A stretch of 64,000 bases of DNA from Spirochaetia bacterium (GTDB lineage Bacteria; Spirochaetota; Spirochaetia; SZUA-6; Bin103), in NCBI GenBank assembly GCA_965203905.1, contig CBDBDQ010000005.1, forward strand, positions 3,264,001 to 3,328,000. Reading direction: 5' to 3'. The position numbers were made by a program, and so were the translations under genes. Under the pieces are notes generated by a model. That model was not told the DNA's origin and made no database searches. It saw nothing but the letters and a program-made list of their open reading frames with translations. Shown in pieces: positions 51,629 through 60,521 of the stretch (position 1 is its first letter; each line of letters starts with the position of its first letter).

Positions 51629-53734
51629 TCAGCGGGCGGCCAGGTACTCCTGCAGGCGCTCGATGGCGGGGGCGAAATCCTGCTGTCCGGTCAGCGTAGC
51701 GCGAAACCGGTCGCCGCGCTGCCCCAGCAGGGACGGGGTGTTGGCGATGGTGAACATGCCCGGATGCAGCTCCCCGTCCAGCTCGTCCCATTCCAGCGGC
51801 ATCGACACGCTGCCACCCGGCACCGGGCGTGCCACGTAGGGCGGCACCACGGTGGCGCTCCTGCGATTCTGCAGGAAGTCCACGTAGACCTTGCCGCCGC
51901 GCCCGCGCGGCAGCCGTTCGACGCTGGCGATGTCGGGATGCTCGCGCGCCACCACGCGCGCCACCGCCTCCATGAACAGGCGCACCTGGTCGTAGCGGTA
52001 GCCGGGCACCAGCGGCAGGTAGACGTGGAGCCCGGAGGCGCCGGAGGTCTTGACGGAGGGATCCAGGCCGATCCCGCGCAACACCTTGCCCGCGGTGCGC
52101 GCCACCCGCTTGGCGTTGGCGAAGGTGGTCTCCTTGGCATCCAGGTCCAGCACCGCGAAGTCGGGCTGCTCCAGGCTGCCGCGGCGCGAGAGCCAGGGAT
52201 GCAGCTCGATGCTGCCCAGGTTGATCAGGTAGAGCAGCGTCTGCAGGTCGTTGCAGATGAACTGCCGGTCGTGGCGGGCATCCACCTCCACCAGCTCCAC
52301 CCAGTCGGGAACCCCGGCCGGAGCCTGGCGCTGGAAGAACGACTTGCCCTCGATGCCGTCCGGGTAGCGGTTCATGTGCACCGGCCGCTCGCGCAGGTAG
52401 GGGAGCAGGAACTCGGCCACCTGCTCGTAGAACCGCAGCAGGTCGCCTTTGGTGTAGCCCTCGCGGGGCCAGTACACCTTGTCCAGGTTGCTGAACGCCA
52501 CCCGCCCGTTGCGGCGTCCACGCTGCGCCGCGGCGGCCAGGGCGGTGTGCACGTCGACCCGGCGCGCTTCCGCGGCGGCCTGCAGCGGCACCGTGCGCCA
52601 GCTGGACTGGGCTCCGGGCCGGTAGCGGCTGTCGGCGCGCTTGGCGACCAGCGCATGGAAGCCGGCGGCCTCGGCCACGGCGGCGAGGCTCTCGCCGCTG
52701 GCGGCCACGTGGTCGGCGAACAACAGGGTGGGCGATGCCGGCAGCAGCGTGCGCAGCAGTTGCTTGCGCTCCAGCAGCGGCAGGGGCCGCAGGTCCCACT
52801 CCTCGAAGTGGAGCAGGTCGAAGGCGTAGAACGCCACCACCGGCGCGGCCTCCCCGCCGGCGGCCCAGGCCTCGATCGCGCCGCGCGCCGGCCGGCCGCT
52901 CGCGTCCATCGCCACCCACACTCCGTCCAGCACCGCCCGTTCGGCGCGCACCGCGGCGAACTGCTCCTGCACCCCGGCCGCGGCGTCCGCATGCAGGGCC
53001 AGGCGCCCGCCGCCGGGCGCGGCGAAGGTCACCTCGTCGCCGTCCACGATGGCGAGGGCGCGCAGCCCCTCGAACTCCAGCTCGAAGATCCAGTCGGGAT
53101 CGGAGAACTGTGCGTGGTCGGCCGCCGCGGACATGGCGCGCGGCCGTCGTGGCAGGGGCGCCGGCCGCACCCGCGCCGGATCCACCACCGGCACCGGGTC
53201 GGCGGCGTCGCGGGCGTAGCGGTCGCGCGTCTTGAACAGCAGCCACTCGTCCTTGTCGGCGTTGGTCCGCACCAGGTGCCACTCGCCGCGCAGCCGGTAG
53301 CCGCGCAGGATCACCTTCACCTCCCCGGCGGCGAGCCCCGCCGTCAGGTCGGGCGCCTTTACCACCTCGTAGGAGCCGTGGTCCCAGATCAGCATGGTGC
53401 CGGCACCGTACTCGCCCTTGGGAATCACCCCTTCGAAGGTGCGGTAGCGCAACGGGTGGTCCTCGGTGTGAACTGCCAGGTGCTTCACCGCGGGGTCGTA
53501 GGAGAAGCCGCGCGGAACCGCCCAGGAGACCAGCACGCCGCCGGCCGCAAAGCGCAGGTCGTAGTGCAGCCGCCGTGCCTCGTGGCGATGGATCACGAAG
53601 CTGCCCTCGTCCGCCGGCAGGCCCTCCCCGGTGGCGGCCCCCGGCGTCTCGAACGCCGGCTCGGGAGTGCGGCTGAAGTCGCGCCGGGTCTGATACTCGG
53701 CGGCAGATTTCGAGGTGCGGGGGTCGACGGCCAC
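51629..53734 (-). CDS. ligD: LigD-like protein: phosphoesterase + degenerate ligase + primase-polymerase domains
   Basis: PE: H.A.RLHYDLR, SWAVP.G, TEDHP; POL: RYPDG, DLD, KTSG.SGLHV, DFLQN; ligase motif I reads FELEFEG; start estimated at GTG 53734. Confidence 0.88.
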   Translation of the reverse strand: MAVDPRTSKSAAEYQTRRDFSRTPEPAFETPGAATGEGLPADEGSFVIHRHEARRLHYDLRFAAGGVLVSWAVPRGFSYDPAVKHLAVHTEDHPLRYRTFEGVIPKGEYGAGTMLIWDHGSYEVVKAPDLTAGLAAGEVKVILRGYRLRGEWHLVRTNADKDEWLLFKTRDRYARDAADPVPVVDPARVRPAPLPRRPRAMSAAADHAQFSDPDWIFELEFEGLRALAIVDGDEVTFAAPGGGRLALHADAAAGVQEQFAAVRAERAVLDGVWVAMDASGRPARGAIEAWAAGGEAAPVVAFYAFDLLHFEEWDLRPLPLLERKQLLRTLLPASPTLLFADHVAASGESLAAVAEAAGFHALVAKRADSRYRPGAQSSWRTVPLQAAAEARRVDVHTALAAAAQRGRRNGRVAFSNLDKVYWPREGYTKGDLLRFYEQVAEFLLPYLRERPVHMNRYPDGIEGKSFFQRQAPAGVPDWVELVEVDARHDRQFICNDLQTLLYLINLGSIELHPWLSRRGSLEQPDFAVLDLDAKETTFANAKRVARTAGKVLRGIGLDPSVKTSGASGLHVYLPLVPGYRYDQVRLFMEAVARVVAREHPDIASVERLPRGRGGKVYVDFLQNRRSATVVPPYVARPVPGGSVSMPLEWDELDGELHPGMFTIANTPSLLGQRGDRFRATLTGQQDFAPAIERLQEYLAAR

Positions 53735-53940
53735 TATGCCGTAGTCGCGAGCTCGTGCTCGCGCACGAGCATATCCGCGGGAAGTCCCCACTCGGCCGAC
53801 AGAGTCCGGATCATCGCCAGCGTGCAGTTGCAGCATAGATCGCGTCACACTGGGAATGCGAACCGGTGGAGCAGATTAGGAAGTGGTGCATCTGCCGCGC
53901 CGCGGCGAGATAGGCAAGCCGATGTTGACACTCACTGGCG

Positions 53941-54789
53941 TCACAGGACGGACTCGTCGCGTTCTGCGTTTCGATTTTGTAGCGCACTCAGAAACTCGTT
54001 TCGCACTGATTCCTTTTCTCTCGAATCCAAGTCATGTTTAAGTGCCGACTGAGACATCCTCAGAAGGCGTGCGTCAATCTCATACGGTCGTTGTCCCGTA
54101 GACTCTATTTGATCGATCAGAGCTTCGATATCACTATGGGGAATCTCGCCGGCAACCATTTGTGCAACTTCACGCAAGCTCGATGGTATGTTCCTAGGCA
54201 CATACGGTCCCATCAGAGGTGCTTCTCGTCGCCCCTCTTGTTGTAGGGACGCCCTTGGGTGGCATTTCAAGAAGACGCTGAGGTCATCGGACTCCCATTC
54301 ATGGAGAGAGTCAGCCTCCTGGCGCAGGAATTGCGATTGACTTGACCGGGCGGGTTTGATGCCAAGAAGATGGACTCTAGCTCCGTACTCTTGCGCCTGT
54401 TGGACTCCCACTCTGATATCTTCGTCTCCGGAAAGGAGCACGCATTCCGCCATTGCTCCGTTCCGAGCCAATGTGATCATGTCCGTTACGACAAGAGAGT
54501 CTACGCCCTTCTGCTGTCCATATGAATTCACGAATCCCAGACGCACCTTCATGTACCCTTTTTCAGCCAGAGCAATATGTTGTGTGCTTGGCCCCTGAGA
54601 CGTACCATCGTACCAATATATTCGGAATAAGGGAAGCTGCGAAACTTTCTCCGAAAAAGTTTTTAGCGAACAAATTACACCATCATAGTCTAGGTTAATC
54701 TCTCCGCGTTGTAACTTACTGCCGGACAGCGCCCTTGAACCCTCTGCGAAGAGGTAACCAGCGTCAACAAATACTGCTACTCGATCCAT
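53941..54789 (-). CDS. NYN/LabA domain PIN-fold RNase with C-terminal helical domain
   Basis: VFVDAGY, YWYD, QQKGVD, LSGDED; AT-richer than the flanks. Confidence 0.88.
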   Translation of the reverse strand: MDRVAVFVDAGYLFAEGSRALSGSKLQRGEINLDYDGVICSLKTFSEKVSQLPLFRIYWYDGTSQGPSTQHIALAEKGYMKVRLGFVNSYGQQKGVDSLVVTDMITLARNGAMAECVLLSGDEDIRVGVQQAQEYGARVHLLGIKPARSSQSQFLRQEADSLHEWESDDLSVFLKCHPRASLQQEGRREAPLMGPYVPRNIPSSLREVAQMVAGEIPHSDIEALIDQIESTGQRPYEIDARLLRMSQSALKHDLDSREKESVRNEFLSALQNRNAERDESVL

Positions 54790-54845
54790 TTGTTTCCGTC
54801 CCGAGGAACCCAGACATCTTGCATCTGAAACATAGGGATAGATAG

Positions 54846-54867
54846 AAAAAGGCCCCCGCAGGGGCCT
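54846..54867 (-). terminator. Rho-independent terminator upstream of the NYN gene
   Basis: Minus strand AGGCCCC-TGCG-GGGGCCT followed by TTTTCT. Confidence 0.75.
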
Positions 54868-54910
54868 GCTAGATACACCAACCCATTCAATAATAATCGG
54901 GTCGGTATAT
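54846..54910 (-). ncRNA. Putative ~65-nt two-hairpin leader/small RNA
   Basis: 12-bp stem AUAUACCGACCC/GGGUUGGUGUAU (two G-U pairs, fully paired only on the minus strand) followed by the terminator, directly after a promoter. Confidence 0.5.
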
Positions 54911-54912
54911 GT

Positions 54913-54942
54913 AACCTATATCTTCGACTCAGATTTGGTCAA
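54913..54942 (-). promoter_or_regulatory. Putative sigma70 promoter for the leader RNA/NYN gene
   Basis: Minus strand TTGACC-18 nt-TAGGTT. Confidence 0.5.
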
Positions 54943-55022
54943 CCCCCCTCCCCAGCACGGCCGAGTCTTCGATGCCTCCAGCGCTAGCGGACGCCTGCGT
55001 CCGCAACATGCGACTGGCTCGG

Positions 55023-56168
55023 TCATAAGCCCGACTCGGCGCTGTCCAGGTCGAGGCGGTGGCGGATGAATTCCTGCAGCATGCGGTAGTACTGCAGCAT
55101 GGAGGCGATGTCGACCCACTCGTCCGGGCGGTGGATGTTGCCCACCAGCGGGCGGCTCATGATGACCGGGATGCCGCGCCCGGAGAAGAACCGCGCGTCG
55201 CTGGTGCCGGCGGTGCGCACCACCCCCATGGGACGGCCCAGCACCCGTTCGCCGATCGCCATGAACGCCGGATCGGGAGTCATTTCGGTGGGTTCGTCGC
55301 CCACGCGCGGCGTTGCCACGGCGTCCGGACCCAGGCAGGCGCGTACCTCCGCCAGTATCGCGGCCACGGTCCAGGGGGGCGTGAAGCGCACGTCGATGCC
55401 GGCGCATGCGAAGGCGGGGATCCGGTTCAAGGTGCGGCTCTCCGATTCCAGCGTGGTGACGGTGGCGGTAGGGTGCCAGTGCTCGGCGCTCGCGCCGTTG
55501 GCGAGCGTGGCGAAGTGCGTGCGCAGGCGCGCCAGGTCGTCCAGCATCGTGTCCACCGGGTTGCGCCCCTCCCAGGGGTAGGCGGCGTGGGTGGAGACGC
55601 CGCTCCATTCCGCGTCGAGATGCAGGATCCCCTTCTCCGCTGCCACCACGCGGTCGATCGAGCCCCCGTCCGGCAGCAGCGCCACGCCGCATGCCAGGCC
55701 CTGCGCCACGAGATGGCGCGCGCCGTGGCCGCCGCTTTCTTCGTCGGCGGTGACCGCCAGTCCCAGCGAGAGGCCGGGGTGACGCTGATGCAGCTCGGTG
55801 AAAAGGGTCGCCAGCACTGCCAGCGCGCCCTTCATGTCCCCCGCCCCGGGACCGTAGATGCGGCCGTCGCGCACCTGTGAACGATAGACGCCGGGGTTGC
55901 CGTGGTCGACCACGTCGATGTGCGCCAGCAGCAGCACCTCCGGGTTCGCTACCCCGTTCGGTAGGGCCACCACGGCTGGGACGCCCTCGCAGCGGTGCTC
56001 CTCCAGGCGCACTCCGGCGACGGTGTCGAGCTGGATGCGCAGCAGGTCGAGGCTGCGTTCGATTTCGGCCGGGTGCGCCGCGGAGCTGGGCACCAGGATC
56101 AGGTCGCGGGTGAGCGCAACCAGGTGGTCTCGCAGTGCAGCGTCGGCCGCGGCGTCAGTCACGGTCAT
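55023..56168 (-). CDS. M20 family metallopeptidase/deacylase (ArgE/DapE-like)
   Basis: AHIDVV, GPGAGDMKG, DEE, H..DE. Confidence 0.88.
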   Translation of the reverse strand: MTVTDAAADAALRDHLVALTRDLILVPSSAAHPAEIERSLDLLRIQLDTVAGVRLEEHRCEGVPAVVALPNGVANPEVLLLAHIDVVDHGNPGVYRSQVRDGRIYGPGAGDMKGALAVLATLFTELHQRHPGLSLGLAVTADEESGGHGARHLVAQGLACGVALLPDGGSIDRVVAAEKGILHLDAEWSGVSTHAAYPWEGRNPVDTMLDDLARLRTHFATLANGASAEHWHPTATVTTLESESRTLNRIPAFACAGIDVRFTPPWTVAAILAEVRACLGPDAVATPRVGDEPTEMTPDPAFMAIGERVLGRPMGVVRTAGTSDARFFSGRGIPVIMSRPLVGNIHRPDEWVDIASMLQYYRMLQEFIRHRLDLDSAESGL

Positions 56169-57525
56169 ACTGCCACTTGAGGTGAAACGCGCGCTCGACC
56201 AGTCCACACATGCGCTGCACGGTGGCGGCGTCCGGCGCCAGGCACAGCATCTGGCTCTTGGTGACCTGCCGCCCCGGGTCGAGGTTGAAGTTGATCGGCA
56301 GCACGCCGGCCGCGGCTCCGGGGTGGTACAGGCAGCCCTCCCGCTCCAGGGCGGCGAGCACCTCAGGCGCCGGCATGGGGTGATGGAACCGCAGGTTGCG
56401 CATCAGCCAGGCGCCGGCGGGAATGAAGTGACGCGCCAGGATCGAGGGGTAGGAGGCGCCGGTGACGCGGGCGTTGATCTCGGCGGCGATCGCCTGCAGC
56501 TCTCCTTCGCGGCGCAGCAGCACGAAGTCGACCGACGCCGTGCCGCGGTAGCCCTGGGCGTGGAGCCACAGCGCCGCCCGCGCGGCCACCGCCAGCAGCC
56601 GGTCGACCGCGCCCGCAACCTCCGCGGCGTACGGCGGCGGCGCCACGTTGCCCTCGTGCACGCTGTGCGCGCCCAGGATCTGCTCGGTCACGTCGTACAG
56701 GCACACCTCGTGCTCGCTCAGGAACAGCTGCACGCTCGGCGAGCCGAGCAGTCGCACGCCGATGGCGCCGTCTTCCAGCCACCCCTGCACCAGGCAGGCC
56801 CCCTCGTGAAACAGGTACTCCGGAATCTGCCCGGCGACGACTTCCGCCGCCGGCAGGCACAGCATGCCGATGCCGGAGCCACCGATCGGCGCCTTGAGCG
56901 CAACCTGTGCGTAGCCCTGCGCCCGCAGTCTCCGGCAGCACTCCGCCGCGTGTCCGGGCGAAGCGGCCACCTCGGTGTCGAAGGTGGGCAGTCCCTCGCG
57001 CGCCAGAAACTGGTGCAGCAGCAGCTTGTTGTTGCCGTTGTAGCTGCCGACGTGGCTGCTCAGGGTGCGTTTGCCGGCGCGCTGCGCCAGTTCCTCCAGC
57101 GTGTGATCGGTCACGAAGCCGTCGATCCACGGCGCCGGGTGGGCGTGCAGCAGTTCGACCAGGGCTTCGCGGTCGCCGCCGGCGCCGTTCCGACCCTGGT
57201 ACACGGCCGGTGACACCAGACGACACTCGGGCAGGCTGAGCCCGAGTCCCTCGTGGTAGGCGCGCAGCTCGCGGTCCGGCTCCGTCTCCAGCAGCAGCAG
57301 GTTGGGTGACCCGGTAAACAGCAGGTCGATCAGCGGCAGCAGACGCCCGCCGTAGGAGTCGATTCCCCTGATCTGCTCGGCGAGGATTTCCGTCTGACGC
57401 TGGTTGCCGTAGAACAGCGACAGCAGGTTGGCCACGAATACGGCGCTGCGGTCCCAGAAGCGCGGCAGGTGGGCGGGGTGCACGCGCAGGGCCGGGGACG
57501 GCCGGGCGCCGGCTGGCTGCGTCAC
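56155..57525 (-). CDS. ATP-grasp family amide ligase (PGM1/preATP-grasp-like)
   Basis: NNK, K...GGSGIG, LVQGW, SPSVQ, YRG.ASVDF, EINARVTG. Confidence 0.75.
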   Translation of the reverse strand: MTQPAGARPSPALRVHPAHLPRFWDRSAVFVANLLSLFYGNQRQTEILAEQIRGIDSYGGRLLPLIDLLFTGSPNLLLLETEPDRELRAYHEGLGLSLPECRLVSPAVYQGRNGAGGDREALVELLHAHPAPWIDGFVTDHTLEELAQRAGKRTLSSHVGSYNGNNKLLLHQFLAREGLPTFDTEVAASPGHAAECCRRLRAQGYAQVALKAPIGGSGIGMLCLPAAEVVAGQIPEYLFHEGACLVQGWLEDGAIGVRLLGSPSVQLFLSEHEVCLYDVTEQILGAHSVHEGNVAPPPYAAEVAGAVDRLLAVAARAALWLHAQGYRGTASVDFVLLRREGELQAIAAEINARVTGASYPSILARHFIPAGAWLMRNLRFHHPMPAPEVLAALEREGCLYHPGAAAGVLPINFNLDPGRQVTKSQMLCLAPDAATVQRMCGLVERAFHLKWQYDRD

Positions 57526-58376
57526 TCTGCTACCCGCGGCTGCAGCGCGTGCCAGTAGTAGCGCAGCGGATCATCCGCCGCCCAGTCGCGATACAGCTCA
57601 TCCCAGGTCAGCCACCCCATGTGCGGTTGCAGCGAGCTCGGCGCCACCGGCTGGCTGCAGGGCTGGTTGCGGTAGCTCACCGCCAGCCGCACGCGGTCGC
57701 TGGCATTGGGCTGTGCGTGGTGGATGGTCAGGCTGTGGAACAGCAGCACGTCGCCGCAACTCATTGGGCTCCAGGCCCAGCCCGCATCCGCCGCCGGCTT
57801 GACCTCCATGGTCCAGTCGTCGGCGTCCTGCAGCCCGGCGTGGTGGGAACCGGGAACGATGCCGAGCCCGCCGCCGAGCTCGGCGCCGCAGTCGCCCAGC
57901 GGCAGCCACGCGGTCCAGGTGTCGGTGGTGCCGCGTATGGCGAAGAAGTCCTGGTGCGGCACCCGCACGTACTTCGGATCGTTGGGAAAGATCGTGTGGC
58001 AGATGTGCCGCGGGTGCGTCAGCGGCGGCTCCTCGAACAGCAGCTCCAGCACCTCCAGCAGGCGCGGGTGGAGTGCCAGGGCATGGAAGCTGCGCAACCG
58101 CAGCAGGCGGTCGTAGTAGGCGCGGTACGCGGGATTGGCGTCGAACGCGGTGAGCGAAGTGCCGGGCCTGGCCACCGCGTCGTCCCACGCCGTGTCGGGA
58201 GCCAGATAGCCCTGGCGCTGGATCTCCAGCAGCACGTCGCGGCGCACCTCGCGCACCGCGGCGGCGGGCAGGCGTGCGCGAAAGAACAGGTAGCCGCGCT
58301 CGCGTGCCGCGGCCTGCAGGGCAGCGGCATCGCTTAGCAGCGCGCTGCACTCCTGATAGGGGGCTGCGTTCTCCAT
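57522..58376 (-). CDS. PhyH family Fe(II)/2OG dioxygenase
   Basis: RGYLFFR, PHQD, WLPLGD, PGSH, GDVLLFHSLTIH. Confidence 0.88.
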   Translation of the reverse strand: MENAAPYQECSALLSDAAALQAAARERGYLFFRARLPAAAVREVRRDVLLEIQRQGYLAPDTAWDDAVARPGTSLTAFDANPAYRAYYDRLLRLRSFHALALHPRLLEVLELLFEEPPLTHPRHICHTIFPNDPKYVRVPHQDFFAIRGTTDTWTAWLPLGDCGAELGGGLGIVPGSHHAGLQDADDWTMEVKPAADAGWAWSPMSCGDVLLFHSLTIHHAQPNASDRVRLAVSYRNQPCSQPVAPSSLQPHMGWLTWDELYRDWAADDPLRYYWHALQPRVAE

Positions 58377-58405
58377 GGGTCGCCGCGCCAAGCCTCGCCC
58401 GCGCG

Positions 58406-58816
58406 TCAGGTGCCGCGGTCTCCCACCGTGGCCGGGGCGGCGTGGTGGTACCACTCCGGGCCCTCTTCCCCCGGCTCCGGCAGCAACCGGCCCGCTTCCA
58501 TGGTCCAGGACGCGGGGCCCTCGGTGATGCGGCCCCCCAACTGCTCGGCCGCGACGCCGGTGATGTCGCGGAACGCACCCATGAGCTCGGCCAGCAGCTT
58601 CTCCTTCAGTGCGGCGGGGCGCCCGGCGCGGTTGCCACCGTCGATGTAGTAGGGCTCGGCAAACTCGGAGTCGTGGCCCTCGAAGAACGCCACGTGGACG
58701 AAGTCGCGCGGCGCCCCGGTCAATCCGCAGTGGATGTCGGTGAACGCGCGGGCGACCTGCTGGCGTTGTTGAAACGGGATCGAGTCCTTGGGTACGAGGC
58801 AGCGGTAGAATGGCAT
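58406..58816 (-). CDS. Tautomerase superfamily protein (cis-CaaD-like)
   Basis: N-terminal Pro (MPFY), IH..LTGAP..FVHV, RAGR, E.G..LPEPGEE..W; GGAGG RBS. Confidence 0.78.
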   Translation of the reverse strand: MPFYRCLVPKDSIPFQQRQQVARAFTDIHCGLTGAPRDFVHVAFFEGHDSEFAEPYYIDGGNRAGRPAALKEKLLAELMGAFRDITGVAAEQLGGRITEGPASWTMEAGRLLPEPGEEGPEWYHHAAPATVGDRGT

Positions 58817-58853
58817 TTCTTCCTCCGGTCGAGCGGGCTCAGGCGGCCGGTTG

Positions 58854-58926
58854 GCAGCCCGTGGCGAAACTCCGGCTGCATTTGAGCGGCGCTCTCGGTG
58901 CGACGCCGGGTTCCACCACGGGCTGC
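58854..58926. mobile_element. MITE/REP-like palindromic element, short internally deleted copy (73 bp)
   Basis: Same ends as 43731-43889; inner hairpin absent. Confidence 0.8.
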
Positions 58927-59249
58927 TAGCTGCGGTCGCGCGCGGACACGATCAGCTCGTCGGTCGCGCAACCGGTGGTCGCGCACCACATGTCGCAGAT
59001 CTGCTGCATCAGGTCGACCCTGACCTCCTGCCTGCATCCCGGCGGGATCGATCCCCTGACCAGCGAGGTGGTCGACAGCTCGCCGCCGCGGAATCCGAAG
59101 CCGCGCGGTATCTCGGTGAACTCCACCGTCACCTCACCGGGCGAGCCACCCAGCAGCGAAGTGCTGATCCGGGCCAACGCCGACTGCAACTCGGGCCGGA
59201 GCCGTGGGGGGATCACCCCCTCTTGCACGATGCAATTGAAACTGATCAT
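58926..59249 (-). CDS. Small tautomerase-fold-like hypothetical protein lacking Pro-1
   Basis: Beta-alpha-beta pattern; adjacent to the cis-CaaD-like gene; ATG at 59249. Confidence 0.55.
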   Translation of the reverse strand: MISFNCIVQEGVIPPRLRPELQSALARISTSLLGGSPGEVTVEFTEIPRGFGFRGGELSTTSLVRGSIPPGCRQEVRVDLMQQICDMWCATTGCATDELIVSARDRS

Positions 59250-59387
59250 GAAATCCGCCGGCCGCGCACGCTGGGCCCGGCCGCTGGGTTCTCCCTCCAG
59301 CGTAGCACGGCGTCGACGCGTTGGGAACGGACGGCGGCGCTTGTCGCAGGGCGGTTTTTGCCGCACGCTGTCCGCCGCGACAATGCC

Positions 59388-60521
59388 ATGAAGATCACCG
59401 CGGTCGAAGTCTACGTGCTGCGCGCCCCGGACGACGGGCGCCCCCACTGGGTGAGCCACTTCGTGGTCCCCAAGGCCAACGAGCTGCTGGTGCGGTTGCG
59501 CACCGACTCCGGCCTCGAGGGCATCGGCCTGGCCACCAACTACACGCCCATCGAGGCGGCGGTGCACGCGGTGCGCAGCGGCATCTGCGACCTGATAGTG
59601 GGCTCCGATCCGCTGGCGCCCGAGGCCCTGTACCACAAGCTGTTTTCGCTCACCTGGCAGCGTCTGGCCCACGAGCGCGGCTGGTCGCGGGAGGCGCTGG
59701 TACGCATCTCCGCCGCCGTGGACATCGCCGCCTGGGACCTCGTCGGCAAATACGCGGGTCTGCCGCTGTACCGGCTGTTTGGCGGCTATCGCAGCGTGGT
59801 GCCGTGCTATGTGACCTGCGCCTACTACCGCGACGGCAAGGACCTGGCCGAGCTGCGCGACGAGATGGAGATGCTCAAGGCGCAGGGGCATACCGGCTTC
59901 AAGGCCAAGGCGGGCGGTGCTTCGCTCGCCTGCGACCTGGAGCGGCTGGCCCTGGTGCGCGAGGTGATCGGCGACGGCCACGACCTGATGGTGGACGTGA
60001 ACCGCGCCTGGGACCTGGAGACGGCCACCGAAGCGGCGCGGCTGCTGGAGCCGCTGCGTCCGCGCTGGCTGGAGGAGCCGGTGCGCTGGGCCGATGACCG
60101 CCGCGAGCTGCGGCTGCTGTCGACCCGGACCTCCATACCGCTGTCCGCCGGGGAGAGCGAGCTGACCAGCTACGGCTGCCGCGCCCTGCTGGACGAGCAG
60201 GCGATCCGGATCCTGCAGTTCGACTGCACCATGATGGGAGGCTTCACCGAGGGTCGCAAGCTGGCCGCCCTGTGCGAGCTGCACCACGTGCAGGTGGCGC
60301 CGCACCACGACTGCTTCCTCCACGCCCATATCGTCGCCGCCAGCCCCGCCGGGTGCATCGTCGAGAGCTTCACCGATCCCGAGCGCGATCCGCTGCAGGC
60401 GGAGCTGTTCGAGGACCCGCCGCGCATCACGGGCGGCCGGCTCTCCCTCAAGGAGGAACCTGGCCTGGGGCTGACCCTGTCCGACGCGGCCCTGGCCCGG
60501 TTCGGCGAGCGCATCGTATGA
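59388..60521 (+). CDS. Mandelate racemase/muconate lactonizing enzyme family (enolase superfamily)
   Basis: MKITAVE, AVDIAAWD..GK..G.PLY.L.GG, KAK, VDVN, WLEEP, AGE. Confidence 0.9.
   Translation: MKITAVEVYVLRAPDDGRPHWVSHFVVPKANELLVRLRTDSGLEGIGLATNYTPIEAAVHAVRSGICDLIVGSDPLAPEALYHKLFSLTWQRLAHERGWSREALVRISAAVDIAAWDLVGKYAGLPLYRLFGGYRSVVPCYVTCAYYRDGKDLAELRDEMEMLKAQGHTGFKAKAGGASLACDLERLALVREVIGDGHDLMVDVNRAWDLETATEAARLLEPLRPRWLEEPVRWADDRRELRLLSTRTSIPLSAGESELTSYGCRALLDEQAIRILQFDCTMMGGFTEGRKLAALCELHHVQVAPHHDCFLHAHIVAASPAGCIVESFTDPERDPLQAELFEDPPRITGGRLSLKEEPGLGLTLSDAALARFGERIV

Noticed and set aside
54811-54827. Second LexA box (CAGACATCTTGCATCTG)
   Set aside because: Spacing and right half-site do not match CAGAC-N4-GTCTG.
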